From Flectonema sp. DT1601 (taxonomy: Eukaryota), in assembly GCA_964019425.1 (NCBI GenBank), contig OZ025796.1, positions 1-64,000 on the forward strand: 64,000 nucleotides of DNA. Direction: 5' to 3'. Numbering within the stretch: the first letter of the stretch is position 1; each line of letters starts with the position of its first letter. Positions 11,429 to 22,094 of the stretch are shown piece by piece. The notes beneath the pieces were generated by a model. It was not told where the DNA came from and did not search any database. It was given only the letters and a program-made list of their open reading frames with translations. The position numbers were made by a program, and so were the translations under genes.

Positions 11429-11639
11429 TGCAGGTTTGCGGGTTTGCAGGTTTGATCCATTTAAAAGAAATTTATTTAAAGGATGCAAAATTGCCTGGAT
11501 AAAGGCAGATAGGCATAACAAATCAATCGCATAGCACTATATAAAATGATAAGACAGTAAACATGATAAGATAGTAAACTACGGCCGAGAGATTCCCATA
11601 TTGGTGTTAGGGCTTGCGGGTTTGCAGGTTTGCGGGTTT
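11429..11639 (+). repeat. Two short degenerate patches of the satellite unit (TTTGCRGG x ~3) at 11429-11454 and 11614-11639
   Basis: TGCAGGTTTGCGGGTTTGCAGGTTTG and TTGCGGGTTTGCAGGTTTGCGGGTTT, same orientation as the main array. Confidence 0.85.
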
Positions 11640-12185
11640 TCCCCAATACCTAATAGGATTAGGAAAAGGGGAAAACCCCCAACTAAAACAAAGTTGTTCA
11701 AAAAGGTAAAAATAGTTAACTTGAAATAAGCAAACCCACGCAAACTGGAGAAACAGTTACCACTAATCCACAACAATACATCAGATCTCAAAAATTGAAA
11801 AAAAAGAATGAAGAATCCCTCTTTAACTTCATTTTTTTATTATCTTTTGCTGATTAGAAAATAACAAGTAAATTACTTTCTTTCCGTAATCAAAACAACA
11901 ACAGGGATGGGTCTTGAGTACCGCACTGAGTCAAGCTAGAGAAGGTTGGGACCTAGCTTAATTCAGACGAAGAAATCATGAAACGGGACCACATCGTTAG
12001 GCCATGCTTTCACACAGCGAATTGGTACTAGCACTGCGTTAATGTGTAACAAATGTGCCACCCCACTGGTCTCCAAACAAGGAAAGAGTAATCTTTAAAG
12101 TTCAGTAAGACTCAAAACAGAAATCAAGATTAGGATAGAATAATCTTATTTAGTGTTTTGAATAATATATCTTTAGGAGTTTCTT

Positions 12186-12878
12186 TTAAACAGAATCCAA
12201 CGAATCTGATGGATCAGGTTGTTGTTCTTTAATAATTAATTCTTCGATCTGTTCTTTTTCATCTTCACAATTAATGTCTTCAAGTTGTGTTTCTCTGAAC
12301 TTCAGAGTTGGTTCTTCTATTTGGTACGATCGGTATCCAAACCAACCCTGGCATGTTATTAAAAGTGCTAATACGACCATGAATAATGCGTATTTTGTTG
12401 TTTTCTCATGAGGGTCTAACTGATCTGGAAACCATAATCTAAGCGTAAAGTATAACGGCATCATAACCAAACCAAAACCAAGAGAAATTTTCCAATATAT
12501 CAGTGGAAGGGATCTAACTGATTTCGCACGCGCACTTTTGACATTCATTTTTATATCCGTTTGTGGAAGATCAGCTACCCTAACTTTATTTAAATACAAC
12601 TGGATGCCACTAACTACAACACAAGCAACAACTGTTATACCATACGCATATATTACTGAGAACCCCAACCAGAATAGCTGTAAAGGTGCGAGTCCGAGAA
12701 AGACTCCAACAAGCAGTCCGAAAATAAGACTTCTGCGGTGAGCTATAAACACTTCCTTCTTTCTCTTCTCACAAGTAATTATTCTTCCAGGACCTAATAT
12801 ACCACTTGGGAAGTATATTGTGCTTCCGTCTTCCTGATCGGCGAAGACAGCTTCTGTTGTTCTATCAAGGTATCCCAT
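12186..12878 (-). CDS. Hypothetical membrane protein, ~4 TM, 230 aa (start MGYLDR)
   Basis: ORF with four hydrophobic segments and an acidic tail; the first ATG with a CAG acceptor just upstream is at 12878. Confidence 0.8.
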   Translation of the reverse strand: MGYLDRTTEAVFADQEDGSTIYFPSGILGPGRIITCEKRKKEVFIAHRRSLIFGLLVGVFLGLAPLQLFWLGFSVIYAYGITVVACVVVSGIQLYLNKVRVADLPQTDIKMNVKSARAKSVRSLPLIYWKISLGFGLVMMPLYFTLRLWFPDQLDPHEKTTKYALFMVVLALLITCQGWFGYRSYQIEEPTLKFRETQLEDINCEDEKEQIEELIIKEQQPDPSDSLDSV

Positions 12879-13646
12879 TTTTGTGTAATCACAATGCTGT
12901 TCAGAAAGAACAAAAGTAAACTCGCACCTGCTGCTTAATAACATTATTGACAATAAAGTGACAGGAAGTTGCTACGCTTTCAAAGAACGCACATATGTGT
13001 TACATAGGGTTAAAGAATCACTTTCATAGGACTTGGTGCTGCTACTCAGAAATCAGAACCCTTTACGAACACAAAACATTTTTGCTATTTCACAGTCGCT
13101 GAGACCAATTTAACCTAAAAGAAACAACTTGGTTTAGTTTCAGCGATGCAACTACAGAAAAAGGAACATGGGAGACAAACTTGCACCGGGTCAATTTTAT
13201 TTCCTTCCATTTTATATTTTGTGTTATGTCCTCGTGTGGATGGGAAAAAATAAAATGATATCACTGATACGAGTGTGAGACTACTCTACACTCACCTGGG
13301 AGGATAGAAAGACTTAAAAAAACACAAAAACGGCAGGTTCTTCCAGTGGAAAATAGATAAATGCATCTCAAAACCTGCAAAACACTTCAAAATAAATTTT
13401 CTTATTCAGAGAGAGGATGACAATTTTCTATCATTTCGATTTGTTGTTTTTTTTTATTCATTATTCTTTTCTTTTTCTTCGTTTTCCTTTTTAATGAAGC
13501 ATAATTTATTTTTAATTAAATTAAGCAGTCATTGCGAACTTTTCGGAAAAAGGAAAAAAAAAAAGAGAGGAAGGGAAAGATTAAAAAACCAATTATTATT
13601 GGCCGCGAGAAAAACGGTTGAAAAGGCTTCTTCTAACATACACATA

Positions 13647-16600
13647 CTAGACCCCAAGGTACTCCGGATGCACACTTGGATCAGTGGGAACTCTTCCATC
13701 AATGCTTGAGTAAAAGGGTGTTTTCAGCAGCCATTGGATAATTCTGTCAAAACCATCAGCATCCTCAGAAACACCATACGTAACTGAGAGACCCGAAACT
13801 TGGTATCTGGCTACCGCGAATCCCGAAGTTCCCGCCAGATTTCTGACATCATCAGCCACAACGTGAGCTCCGATACATTCAAAAGCAAAATTGAAAACGC
13901 GAACAAAAACAGAAGCCCCCATAATACCACTTACAGCAAACCGCTCAGTTCCAACTACCGACATACCAACGAATGGATATGCCGCGTACATTGCTGTTTC
14001 TAATGTACCTCCCTGCTTTTTAATGGTGATGTCCCCACCCAATCCGCACACCACGTAAAGTTGGCATTCGACAGCAGCAAAAACAGAACCAGCTTGCGCG
14101 TAGCAAACAACAACCTTGTCTCCGCTGACGTCGATCTTCGGCGAGTAAGCATTTGCACCCGATCCTGTGATGGCCACAGACTTCAGCACCACACCCGCAG
14201 TGCTCACAACTGACAGGTACAATTTTGTACCAGAAACACCCATAGAATTCGCCAATACGTAGTGACCACTAGAAAAGAACTCGAAATCATAGTGAGTGAA
14301 TGATTGCATTTCCGGGAATAGTGAAACCTGCGTTCCAAGTGGATCACCGTATTTCTGAAAAAACAGACTAGCTCCAACAGTGTCATCCCCGTCTCGGTAA
14401 ACTATGGCCATTTCACTTCTCCCTTCTGCTGCTAACCTGGGACTTGCAATTACTCCAACAGCAGGGATAGAGGTTGACAACTCTGTAGGAATACCTACAC
14501 TGTCCAGGGGGAACTCGTAAAAATGGTACGTCGTTCCCTCACGCAAGACCATGAAACCTGATTCACCAACAACGGAAACATCAAATGACCGAATGCTATC
14601 AGAAACTGAAATACTTAAAGCTCCCTCCCCACGAACCTCAGTTTTGGTACCATCAGGTGCTGTCTTAGAGAGCGCAGGATATCTGTAATTATTTCCCTGA
14701 ATGTTGGAAAGGAAAAACGTCACAACACCACCATCAGAGGTCGTTCTCGAAGTAGGCATCACAAAAGTGCGGCCCCCGAGTGTCGCACCTATCGTCTCCC
14801 GAGTTTCTAATTTCCCAAATGCTCTGGAGTATACTGACCAAGTACTTTCACCTTGCCGCCACTTACTAACCCATGATACCAAGATAATGTTGTTCAAAAT
14901 CGCTACCGTTGGGTCAAACTGCTTCCTGTGCGTGTAGCTGTTAATCAACACATCTTCCGTAGCCGGCACCATGTCGGAAGAGAACTTCCTAAAATAAGCA
15001 TCCTGAACATCCCTCGACAAATAGTAATTCCACGAAACCACAAATGAATCGTCATCAAAGACGCAAATTGAAGAAGGGCGATGGTTGCCTTTGGTGTTAA
15101 CATTAACACGGAAGTCAGGAACAACTTTGGTGTGCACGGAATCGGAATCGAAAACCGCAGCCATCGCATTAAACAGTGCCGCGGAGCTTGCCCACGTTAC
15201 TATGAATCTAGAGTCTGAGAACAACGCAACTTCAGGGAACGACTGACACCCCAACATCACAGTGTTTATTAAAAACTCAACTGGTTCCCTTGATGTGAAG
15301 TCTGCGGAATTATAAGTTCGTCCGTACACACCGTAACGAGACCCATCCTGACCATAAGACTGCCAAACAACGACAATCAGGGTACCATCCATTGCAACAG
15401 ACGGGTTCTTCTGCGTTGAAGCAGTGGTGATATGAACTACAACTTCGGATCCTTTGCCTGAGGTCGTGAAGGGGACCATGTGAATGTCTTCAAAAGTACT
15501 CGCATCCTCATCACTTTGCCAGACAACTACATATTTATCGCCAACTTTATCAGTAGCAACGTCGGGTCTCGCATCCTTGCCGGCAGACTCCCCGACAGTT
15601 TGTGGCGGACTCGCAACACCATCCTTATTGAAATGGCGAACCCAGACCCGGACACCCGAAGCTAAGCTCGTCTGCCATGTCACGTAAAAACCTACCTCAG
15701 AACACGCCACACTCGGCTGGTCATGACTGGACGACGGGTCTGATATCATGAATTCCGTGTTGCCAACGGGAGCTTCAGTTGTTTCCACTATCCGCCCGAA
15801 GATTGATGAATACCCACCAGAATCACTCACCCACACAATTATAACTCGATCGCTTCCAATAGAACAAGACTCTGGTGAGTGTTGACTACCCTTGCGAGTA
15901 CTTAAAGAGAGCTCCGGTCCACTATCGAGAGCAACGGGTTTAGTAATTAGCAGTTCGACAATAATGCGACGAGGTATGCTAATCGAATAGACTAGTGACA
16001 GCCCGGTTGGGGTGGTGATGAGAGAAGGAAATTTGTGGTATCCAAGAACGTAATTATTTACAATTGGATTGACACTATTAGATATTACAGTACCAAACTT
16101 GTCCATGTGACAGACACCGACGGCATGTGATGAGGCTCCGGCAACTGGACTACTTATTATGAATGCAACGTAAATCGAGTCATCAACGGGGGACGGAGCT
16201 ATGGATGGTTTTGATGTCCGGTACTCAACATCATAATTGTCAAGTGATTTCCATCCTACAACATCAGGGGATTCTGTTCTGAAGGAATAGACGTCGTTAC
16301 CTCCCACACCTGCGAACACAAGCACACTTTTATCAGAAAACATGTGCGCAGAAAATGTCCCTAGTTTCCTGCCAGAACCTTCAGTATGTACTTTCTCGGT
16401 TTTTGCGCCTATTAGTCCCTTCTCCGTGAATTCGAATTCCCTGTAACTTACTGCATCCGGAAGTTGGTTGGAGTAAACGATTACATTTTTCTCCCCGTAA
16501 CAAGCAAAATCCACATAATTTGGACTCGGAATGCTACCGAGATTAAAAAGTTCTACCTCTTCGGCGTCTCCAAAATATGCTGTGTATTTACCTGTAAGAG

Positions 16601-18071
16601 TTACAACAACAACACGAAATTCATTACCGCACACTTTACCCAGCACTCCAGTATTCGAACTAATTTTTAAAATTTCCACTTGCGCTTTCGTGCTAATTGT
16701 GATTCTGAGTATTCTAAAGTAACCTGTGTTTGAAACAGATACAAAAAAAATATCTGTATTCGGCAAACTGCCTAAAACTTCTGGTTCTGAGAGGGAAGTG
16801 TAGTCTGTAGTATGTGTTGTTCGAACACCGTCTTTGACAAATTGATAGAATATGGGTTCAGTTGGGCTAGTCCTGCCCACTATCACTCTCCCACCTGTGT
16901 CAATTCCAGTTGTTGATTTACGCACGTACCCATTCGTGCCTCTTGAAAGCAGAACTTCAGGAACGTTTTTGTATGTAGCAAAAAGAGCAAGGGAGCTAGA
17001 TTCCACAAAAATTGCGAACCATCCCCCCTGCCCGAGCTGTGCTGCAGACACGCTTGTCACTACTCCGTTGGAAATACTTCTATCATATGAATTGGAGTAG
17101 GGAACAAATCTCTCGTCCAAGTAGTCAAAGGTTTCTTTATTAAACGATACAACAATGCTTTCTTTGTCCTTGGAACCAAGACCAATTGCCAGATGGGAGT
17201 CTGCAAGGTCAGGGGATTCGTACCTCTTAGTAGTGGGATCCACAAACTCATATGTCCACAATCTGAATTCAGAAGCAGAGGCCGAGTGCATTCCCAAAGT
17301 GATTAGCGGAGGATCTCTTCCGTAAGTACTCGAAAAGACTATTTGTAAGTAATTGTCACGAGGAGCAATAACCGCACCAGGCGCCACCACGAACGAAGAG
17401 TCAACAATCATGGAACGAGGGTTATCAGTTACCGTTGATGTGTATGCGATGACAATTCTATTTCCAGATACTTCAACCATGTCGAAGACACAAAGCTGTA
17501 ACTGGAACACCTTCTCTGCGAAACCCGTCCCACCAACTTTGAAGTAAGATACCTGCGTCCCACCCTTGAACAATAAAAAGACTTCCCCACTTCCCAAAGC
17601 GAGGATGCTGTGTCCATCTGAAATGTGCGAGGGAGTACCCGTATTGAAGTTCGACACGTGGGTTGCCGCCCCCATGGGACTACCGTTGGAATCAAACTCT
17701 CGACAATATAATTCATTTCCATCTTCATAGGCCACCATGAATCCTCCGTGAGATAATGCCGCCAGATCCCTACTCCTACCATTGAAAACTACGCTGTGTG
17801 AGGACATTGCTTGATAAATTACGAATGTCGGACTGCCGACAGTCGGGTTGGTGTCGGTAAAAATTCGACCCTGTAATTGAAACAGAGTGGAATCGAACCA
17901 CACAACTACTACATCCCCAGTCGATAGAGTGGCTATCTCTGCTTCATAAGAATTATCTTGAGTTTCTGCAATCCGCACTCCCTTTTCAGTTACAGGGAAG
18001 GGAATCGCCGGAGTCATCGCATTTGCCAGTGATGTGATCCACAACAAGGCAACCAACAGCGGACGAATCAT
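13647..18071 (-). CDS. Large secreted beta-rich (propeller-like) repeat protein, 1474 aa
   Basis: Signal peptide MIRPLLVALLWITSLANA; ~55-60-aa repeats such as EFLINT..GCQSFPEVALFSDSRFIVTWAS and VVVWQSYGQDGSRYGVYGR; intronless; no C-terminal TM segment. Confidence 0.9.
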   Translation of the reverse strand: MIRPLLVALLWITSLANAMTPAIPFPVTEKGVRIAETQDNSYEAEIATLSTGDVVVVWFDSTLFQLQGRIFTDTNPTVGSPTFVIYQAMSSHSVVFNGRSRDLAALSHGGFMVAYEDGNELYCREFDSNGSPMGAATHVSNFNTGTPSHISDGHSILALGSGEVFLLFKGGTQVSYFKVGGTGFAEKVFQLQLCVFDMVEVSGNRIVIAYTSTVTDNPRSMIVDSSFVVAPGAVIAPRDNYLQIVFSSTYGRDPPLITLGMHSASASEFRLWTYEFVDPTTKRYESPDLADSHLAIGLGSKDKESIVVSFNKETFDYLDERFVPYSNSYDRSISNGVVTSVSAAQLGQGGWFAIFVESSSLALFATYKNVPEVLLSRGTNGYVRKSTTGIDTGGRVIVGRTSPTEPIFYQFVKDGVRTTHTTDYTSLSEPEVLGSLPNTDIFFVSVSNTGYFRILRITISTKAQVEILKISSNTGVLGKVCGNEFRVVVVTLTGKYTAYFGDAEEVELFNLGSIPSPNYVDFACYGEKNVIVYSNQLPDAVSYREFEFTEKGLIGAKTEKVHTEGSGRKLGTFSAHMFSDKSVLVFAGVGGNDVYSFRTESPDVVGWKSLDNYDVEYRTSKPSIAPSPVDDSIYVAFIISSPVAGASSHAVGVCHMDKFGTVISNSVNPIVNNYVLGYHKFPSLITTPTGLSLVYSISIPRRIIVELLITKPVALDSGPELSLSTRKGSQHSPESCSIGSDRVIIVWVSDSGGYSSIFGRIVETTEAPVGNTEFMISDPSSSHDQPSVACSEVGFYVTWQTSLASGVRVWVRHFNKDGVASPPQTVGESAGKDARPDVATDKVGDKYVVVWQSDEDASTFEDIHMVPFTTSGKGSEVVVHITTASTQKNPSVAMDGTLIVVVWQSYGQDGSRYGVYGRTYNSADFTSREPVEFLINTVMLGCQSFPEVALFSDSRFIVTWASSAALFNAMAAVFDSDSVHTKVVPDFRVNVNTKGNHRPSSICVFDDDSFVVSWNYYLSRDVQDAYFRKFSSDMVPATEDVLINSYTHRKQFDPTVAILNNIILVSWVSKWRQGESTWSVYSRAFGKLETRETIGATLGGRTFVMPTSRTTSDGGVVTFFLSNIQGNNYRYPALSKTAPDGTKTEVRGEGALSISVSDSIRSFDVSVVGESGFMVLREGTTYHFYEFPLDSVGIPTELSTSIPAVGVIASPRLAAEGRSEMAIVYRDGDDTVGASLFFQKYGDPLGTQVSLFPEMQSFTHYDFEFFSSGHYVLANSMGVSGTKLYLSVVSTAGVVLKSVAITGSGANAYSPKIDVSGDKVVVCYAQAGSVFAAVECQLYVVCGLGGDITIKKQGGTLETAMYAAYPFVGMSVVGTERFAVSGIMGASVFVRVFNFAFECIGAHVVADDVRNLAGTSGFAVARYQVSGLSVTYGVSEDADGFDRIIQWLLKTPFYSSIDGRVPTDPSVHPEYLGV

Positions 18072-19246
18072 TTTTTTTTTTTTTTTTTTGCTGGTTTACA
18101 ATAATAAAGTACAGGAAGAGCGCACGTATTAGAAAAATAATACAAAAATAAAAAAGATACAATTTGATAAATATTAACGGAAGGGACATGACATCAAGTT
18201 ACCCCCAACCCACCTGAACACATCCCCCGCATACTCCGGGCGGATAAAGAAAGACAAAAAATAACATAAAAAAAGAATCGGCACCTCACTAAATAATTCT
18301 CACACTTTGTTTTTGTTTGCGCGCAACCGGAAACAAGCCTATAAAGTAAGGGTGTTACGCTTCCACAATTCTCTTTCGCTCGTAAAACATGTCTTCGAGA
18401 TGAAAAAAAAGTGTCAGTGACCTTGGAATCTGTTACTGTAATGCGTCTTGATGAATTTAACCAAAATAGACCTTGCGAAGTTGGGTCAGGTAGGTGACAC
18501 GCAACAGTCTCTCCAACAAAGCTTTTGAAACCAACGAGAATACAGAAACTGCGCGTCGCAATCTTTTAATTGACAACTCAGAACAGCAGCGAAGAGAGCG
18601 AGAATTGATCAGAAAAGTCTACTTTTCTGAATTGGGAACAGTCTAGCCAGGTTGCCCATGACTATCCCACCTTTTCAGGCAAAAATTAATACAATCACCG
18701 ACTATAACCTAGCCATCGTTTCATTTTAGCATACTTCTATAACAAGAAAACAAATTTATTCAGAAAAAGGTTTGCTTTGCTGAAAATGTGAAGATAGTTT
18801 GACAAAAATAATATAAAAAATCAATGCTGTTTTGTCTGAATTTCCGCTTTCCGAATCTCAAGATCTCGTTAATGTTGCTTAGTTAATGACCTGGTGATAG
18901 AAGTAATGGAATCACATAATCGCTCTCAACTTTAATGGCACTGAAGTGTTCCTCACTCGATAAGAAGTAAAAAAACAAATAAAATTCATAACAGCACCTT
19001 CGTTACTCGCAGCGTTCGTTGTCACGGCAATTGATCAAATAGCAAACAACATAAAAACGCGATCAGAAACCAGCAGATCAAGAGAGTCCTCGATTTTGTT
19101 CCGTTAGCAATAAACATTCTTTGATAAATCTCATTGTGTATATCGGCTGAACTCAGTCTTAGCCCCACATCAGTATTGATTTTTTTTTTTTCACTACGCT
19201 TGGTGTTTCATTACAAGTGAAATGCAACTTGCGTCATGATCAGATG

Positions 19247-20260
19247 CTATGCTTTTGCAGCTTTACTAGCGAGACCCATTGCCTTTCCCCAAGCTTCCGG
19301 AGTCATCTTATGAACTTTACCACACTGTTGGCACTTGAGTGGACACTCTGGTTGTGAATATCTGAGTGAAGTTAATTCAGTTTCTCCTATCAGAGACATA
19401 CCCCCCATAAATCCATCCAATGAACAGCGACAGAAGAAGTCCACAGGGATGCGCTGGGTTTCAGCTGTTTCGTGAACTGCTAAAGTACCGTGGCCAATAA
19501 TTGGTTGACCTCGGTATGTTTTTGGTACAAGTCTAAGATCGACCATCAAAGACGTTAAGTCACCTGAAAAAATACTCTGCATAGGAACAGCAATATTGGC
19601 TACTTCTCCACCAGAGAATGAGCTGCTGGTGATACTATTTAGTTGGTTTTCCATTTTCGTAAAAATGCCAGCGTCTGAATCACTTTTGTCTGAAGATGCT
19701 TTCGTTGGTATCCGTTGAGCTAAGGCTCCAACGCAAATATCATTCTCCATATCAACATGAAGCCAAACAGCGATATCTAAATTCCCATCAGATATTTTAT
19801 TATGAAGTCTTAAATTCTCAATTACGTCATCATGAGGAGCAGGAGTGACACTTATTATAGGAGTCGTGTGATTATATAACGTCCTTGAGATATGCATTAT
19901 CTTTGGTCCATCTGGATCGACTACCCGAAGGTGACCTCTCACTTCACCAGTCGCAGTAGCTTCCACTGTATAGCTGCAGTTTGTTGAAGCGTTACATGTA
20001 TCTATTTTTACTCTTTCTTCACCTCCTTGAAAGCTTGCTAATAGCATAGAAATCATATATAACTTGCAGAGATCTTCTGATTCTCTTGTTCCTGGTGTTA
20101 CCTCGTGTCTCTTCAATCCCTCAATGCATGTGTGAAGAGACTGAACAAAAGAGTATCTCACCCAGCCTCCTTCACCAACTACTTTCACACACGCATCCCT
20201 ATTTGTTGTAAATTTAAGCGCCGCAGCTGAGTGTCGCAAGACGTACGTGACTCGAAACAT
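19247..20260 (-). CDS. HSP33: Hsp33 (HslO)-family redox-regulated chaperone, probably mitochondrial
   Basis: C-terminal zinc centre FFCRCS...CQQCGKVH (CxC...CxxC), the VEATATGEVRG motif, and a basic N-terminal presequence-like segment. Confidence 0.85.
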   Translation of the reverse strand: MFRVTYVLRHSAAALKFTTNRDACVKVVGEGGWVRYSFVQSLHTCIEGLKRHEVTPGTRESEDLCKLYMISMLLASFQGGEERVKIDTCNASTNCSYTVEATATGEVRGHLRVVDPDGPKIMHISRTLYNHTTPIISVTPAPHDDVIENLRLHNKISDGNLDIAVWLHVDMENDICVGALAQRIPTKASSDKSDSDAGIFTKMENQLNSITSSSFSGGEVANIAVPMQSIFSGDLTSLMVDLRLVPKTYRGQPIIGHGTLAVHETAETQRIPVDFFCRCSLDGFMGGMSLIGETELTSLRYSQPECPLKCQQCGKVHKMTPEAWGKAMGLASKAAKA

Positions 20261-20440
20261 CTTTTGTTTTCCCTTTTTTTTTTTTTCTGGATGTTGCTCA
20301 ATAAGTTTAATTCATTTCTCAGAGGGCAATTATAAATTATAGTAACATCAATGCTACCCCACGTATGGGGTTATTGCACCAACATTAAGTTACGAAAAGA
20401 TTCTACCATTTTTTCAGTTTGAGAAACATTGCAGTAGTAG

Positions 20441-20911
20441 TCATTGAGTTTTTATTTCAATTTGATTGCTGTCAGCAGCCTTCCAATATCTTTCTATCAA
20501 TGCCGCCTCGTCATCAGATGTTTGTTTTGGTTTCTTCCACAGTAAAGACCTAAACATAATCCATGGTCCAGCAATCAACGATGATAATAATTTAAACATT
20601 GAAATACTACCATGACTTACTCTGTGTTCTCTGCTAACTATTTCTGCAGGGTTAGGCTGAATTAGTGTAATCTCATTAGTGTAACTCTCTGCGCTGATAG
20701 GAACGTCCTTTAGCTTCGCTAAGTCTTTCTTTCTAACAATACAAATTAAATCGTTACTCGTCAGGTTCATTCTTCCAATCTCTTCTCCGTGCAATAACAT
20801 CGCTTTCTGGATCTCCACACCCGAACTGTGGCTGCTCATTCTTCTGGAACTTAGATTGTAGTTTGCGGCGTAGAAACCATTCGATTTTTTCACTAAATTA
20901 AATAACAACAT
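20441..20911 (-). CDS. Hypothetical protein, 156 aa, possible mitochondrial presequence and one hydrophobic segment
   Basis: ORF co-oriented with its neighbours, protein-like composition. Confidence 0.6.
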   Translation of the reverse strand: MLLFNLVKKSNGFYAANYNLSSRRMSSHSSGVEIQKAMLLHGEEIGRMNLTSNDLICIVRKKDLAKLKDVPISAESYTNEITLIQPNPAEIVSREHRVSHGSISMFKLLSSLIAGPWIMFRSLLWKKPKQTSDDEAALIERYWKAADSNQIEIKTQ

Positions 20912-21216
20912 AAGTAAGAAAACTATTTATTATAACAATTGTACACATCGATAGAGATGATGATAACCCCGTCTCTCATACGTTCATAGAACCTGTTCGA
21001 AATTGATTACTTTATAAATGCCCAGGAAGGTTCTAAACTAACAATGTCCGAATCCGTTCTAACACACATTGAGAGTGTACCAATCCGTACAGGTAACTAC
21101 TGAGAGGCAAGTAAGCAGCCTAGTTACAAAATTAAAAGCGATCGTGTAGTCACTTCAGAGATTGACGTCAATTCCATTATCGCTGCTCACAATAAGTTTC
21201 CAACCAAATTCATAAA

Positions 21217-21525
21217 TCAATTTAATTGAAGAGGAATATCAACTGGACTCTTTGATAATCCAATGTACCCAAAGAACAGGAATGCTGAGAAAACTAAAGT
21301 TCCAATAGGAATCCCGAGGAAGAAAAGATAAATATGATATGTGAGGCGAAGCTTAAGAGGGGATCCTACTAAACCTTGTTGAATAGGTCGAGGCTTTTTA
21401 GGTCCTGACTTGTCCCCAGTATCACTGGATTGGTGTTTAGCTGGAACCTGCTGTTGTTGTTCTCCTTCCTGAGCAGTTGCTGTAGAGAGTAACATCAATA
21501 CGACTACGAACAGTAATCGAATCAT
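21217..21525 (-). CDS. Small single-pass membrane protein, 102 aa
   Basis: Signal peptide MIRLLFVVVLMLLSTATA, a C-terminal TM segment, and a CAG about 20 nt upstream of the ATG. Confidence 0.75.
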   Translation of the reverse strand: MIRLLFVVVLMLLSTATAQEGEQQQQVPAKHQSSDTGDKSGPKKPRPIQQGLVGSPLKLRLTYHIYLFFLGIPIGTLVFSAFLFFGYIGLSKSPVDIPLQLN

Positions 21526-21897
21526 AGTTGTGTGTTAAAACAACCTGGGGATTCATAAATAAAATAAAAACCACCGCAGAGAGCCCTTAACGTACTTCAT
21601 TAGTACCTCTCTCCATCTGCACGGCTTCTGTGAACAGAAATAATCAAATTCTACAAATTTATTGATTTTTGATGCGTATCTTAAATATGCCATATCGGCA
21701 GAAAGCTCCGTTTTTTTTTTTTTTTTTTTTTTTTTTGTTTGTTTTGTTTTCTTTATTATTTTTTTTTTTTTTCCGAATTCCTATTATTCTTGTTTCAAAG
21801 ATTCTTTTTTGTTATGAGCAGTTCGTATCTTTGTCAGAAATGTGCGGCGCTAACATTTGGAGGAGTTTGGTTCTTCTTCTTCTTCTTTGTTTTTGGG

Positions 21898-22094
21898 AAA
21901 CCTCTAATTCCGCACAAAGTTTTTAGATTTTTTTTTTCTAAACAAAAGGGACTGAACTTCTTGTGAGGGTCACTGGCAGTGAATGTATTAACAGCGTGCT
22001 CAACTAAGCAAAAAAGTCTGCTTTGTAATTGTGTGAAGCTAGTGGTTTTTTGAAATCCGTGATTTTGAAAAACTTTGTGCGGAATTAGAGGTTT
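21898..22094. mobile_element. MITE-like element, ~200 bp, with 27-bp perfect inverted repeats
   Basis: AAACCTCTAATTCCGCACAAAGTTTTT (21898-21924) is the exact reverse complement of 22068-22094; no clear TSD. Confidence 0.6.
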
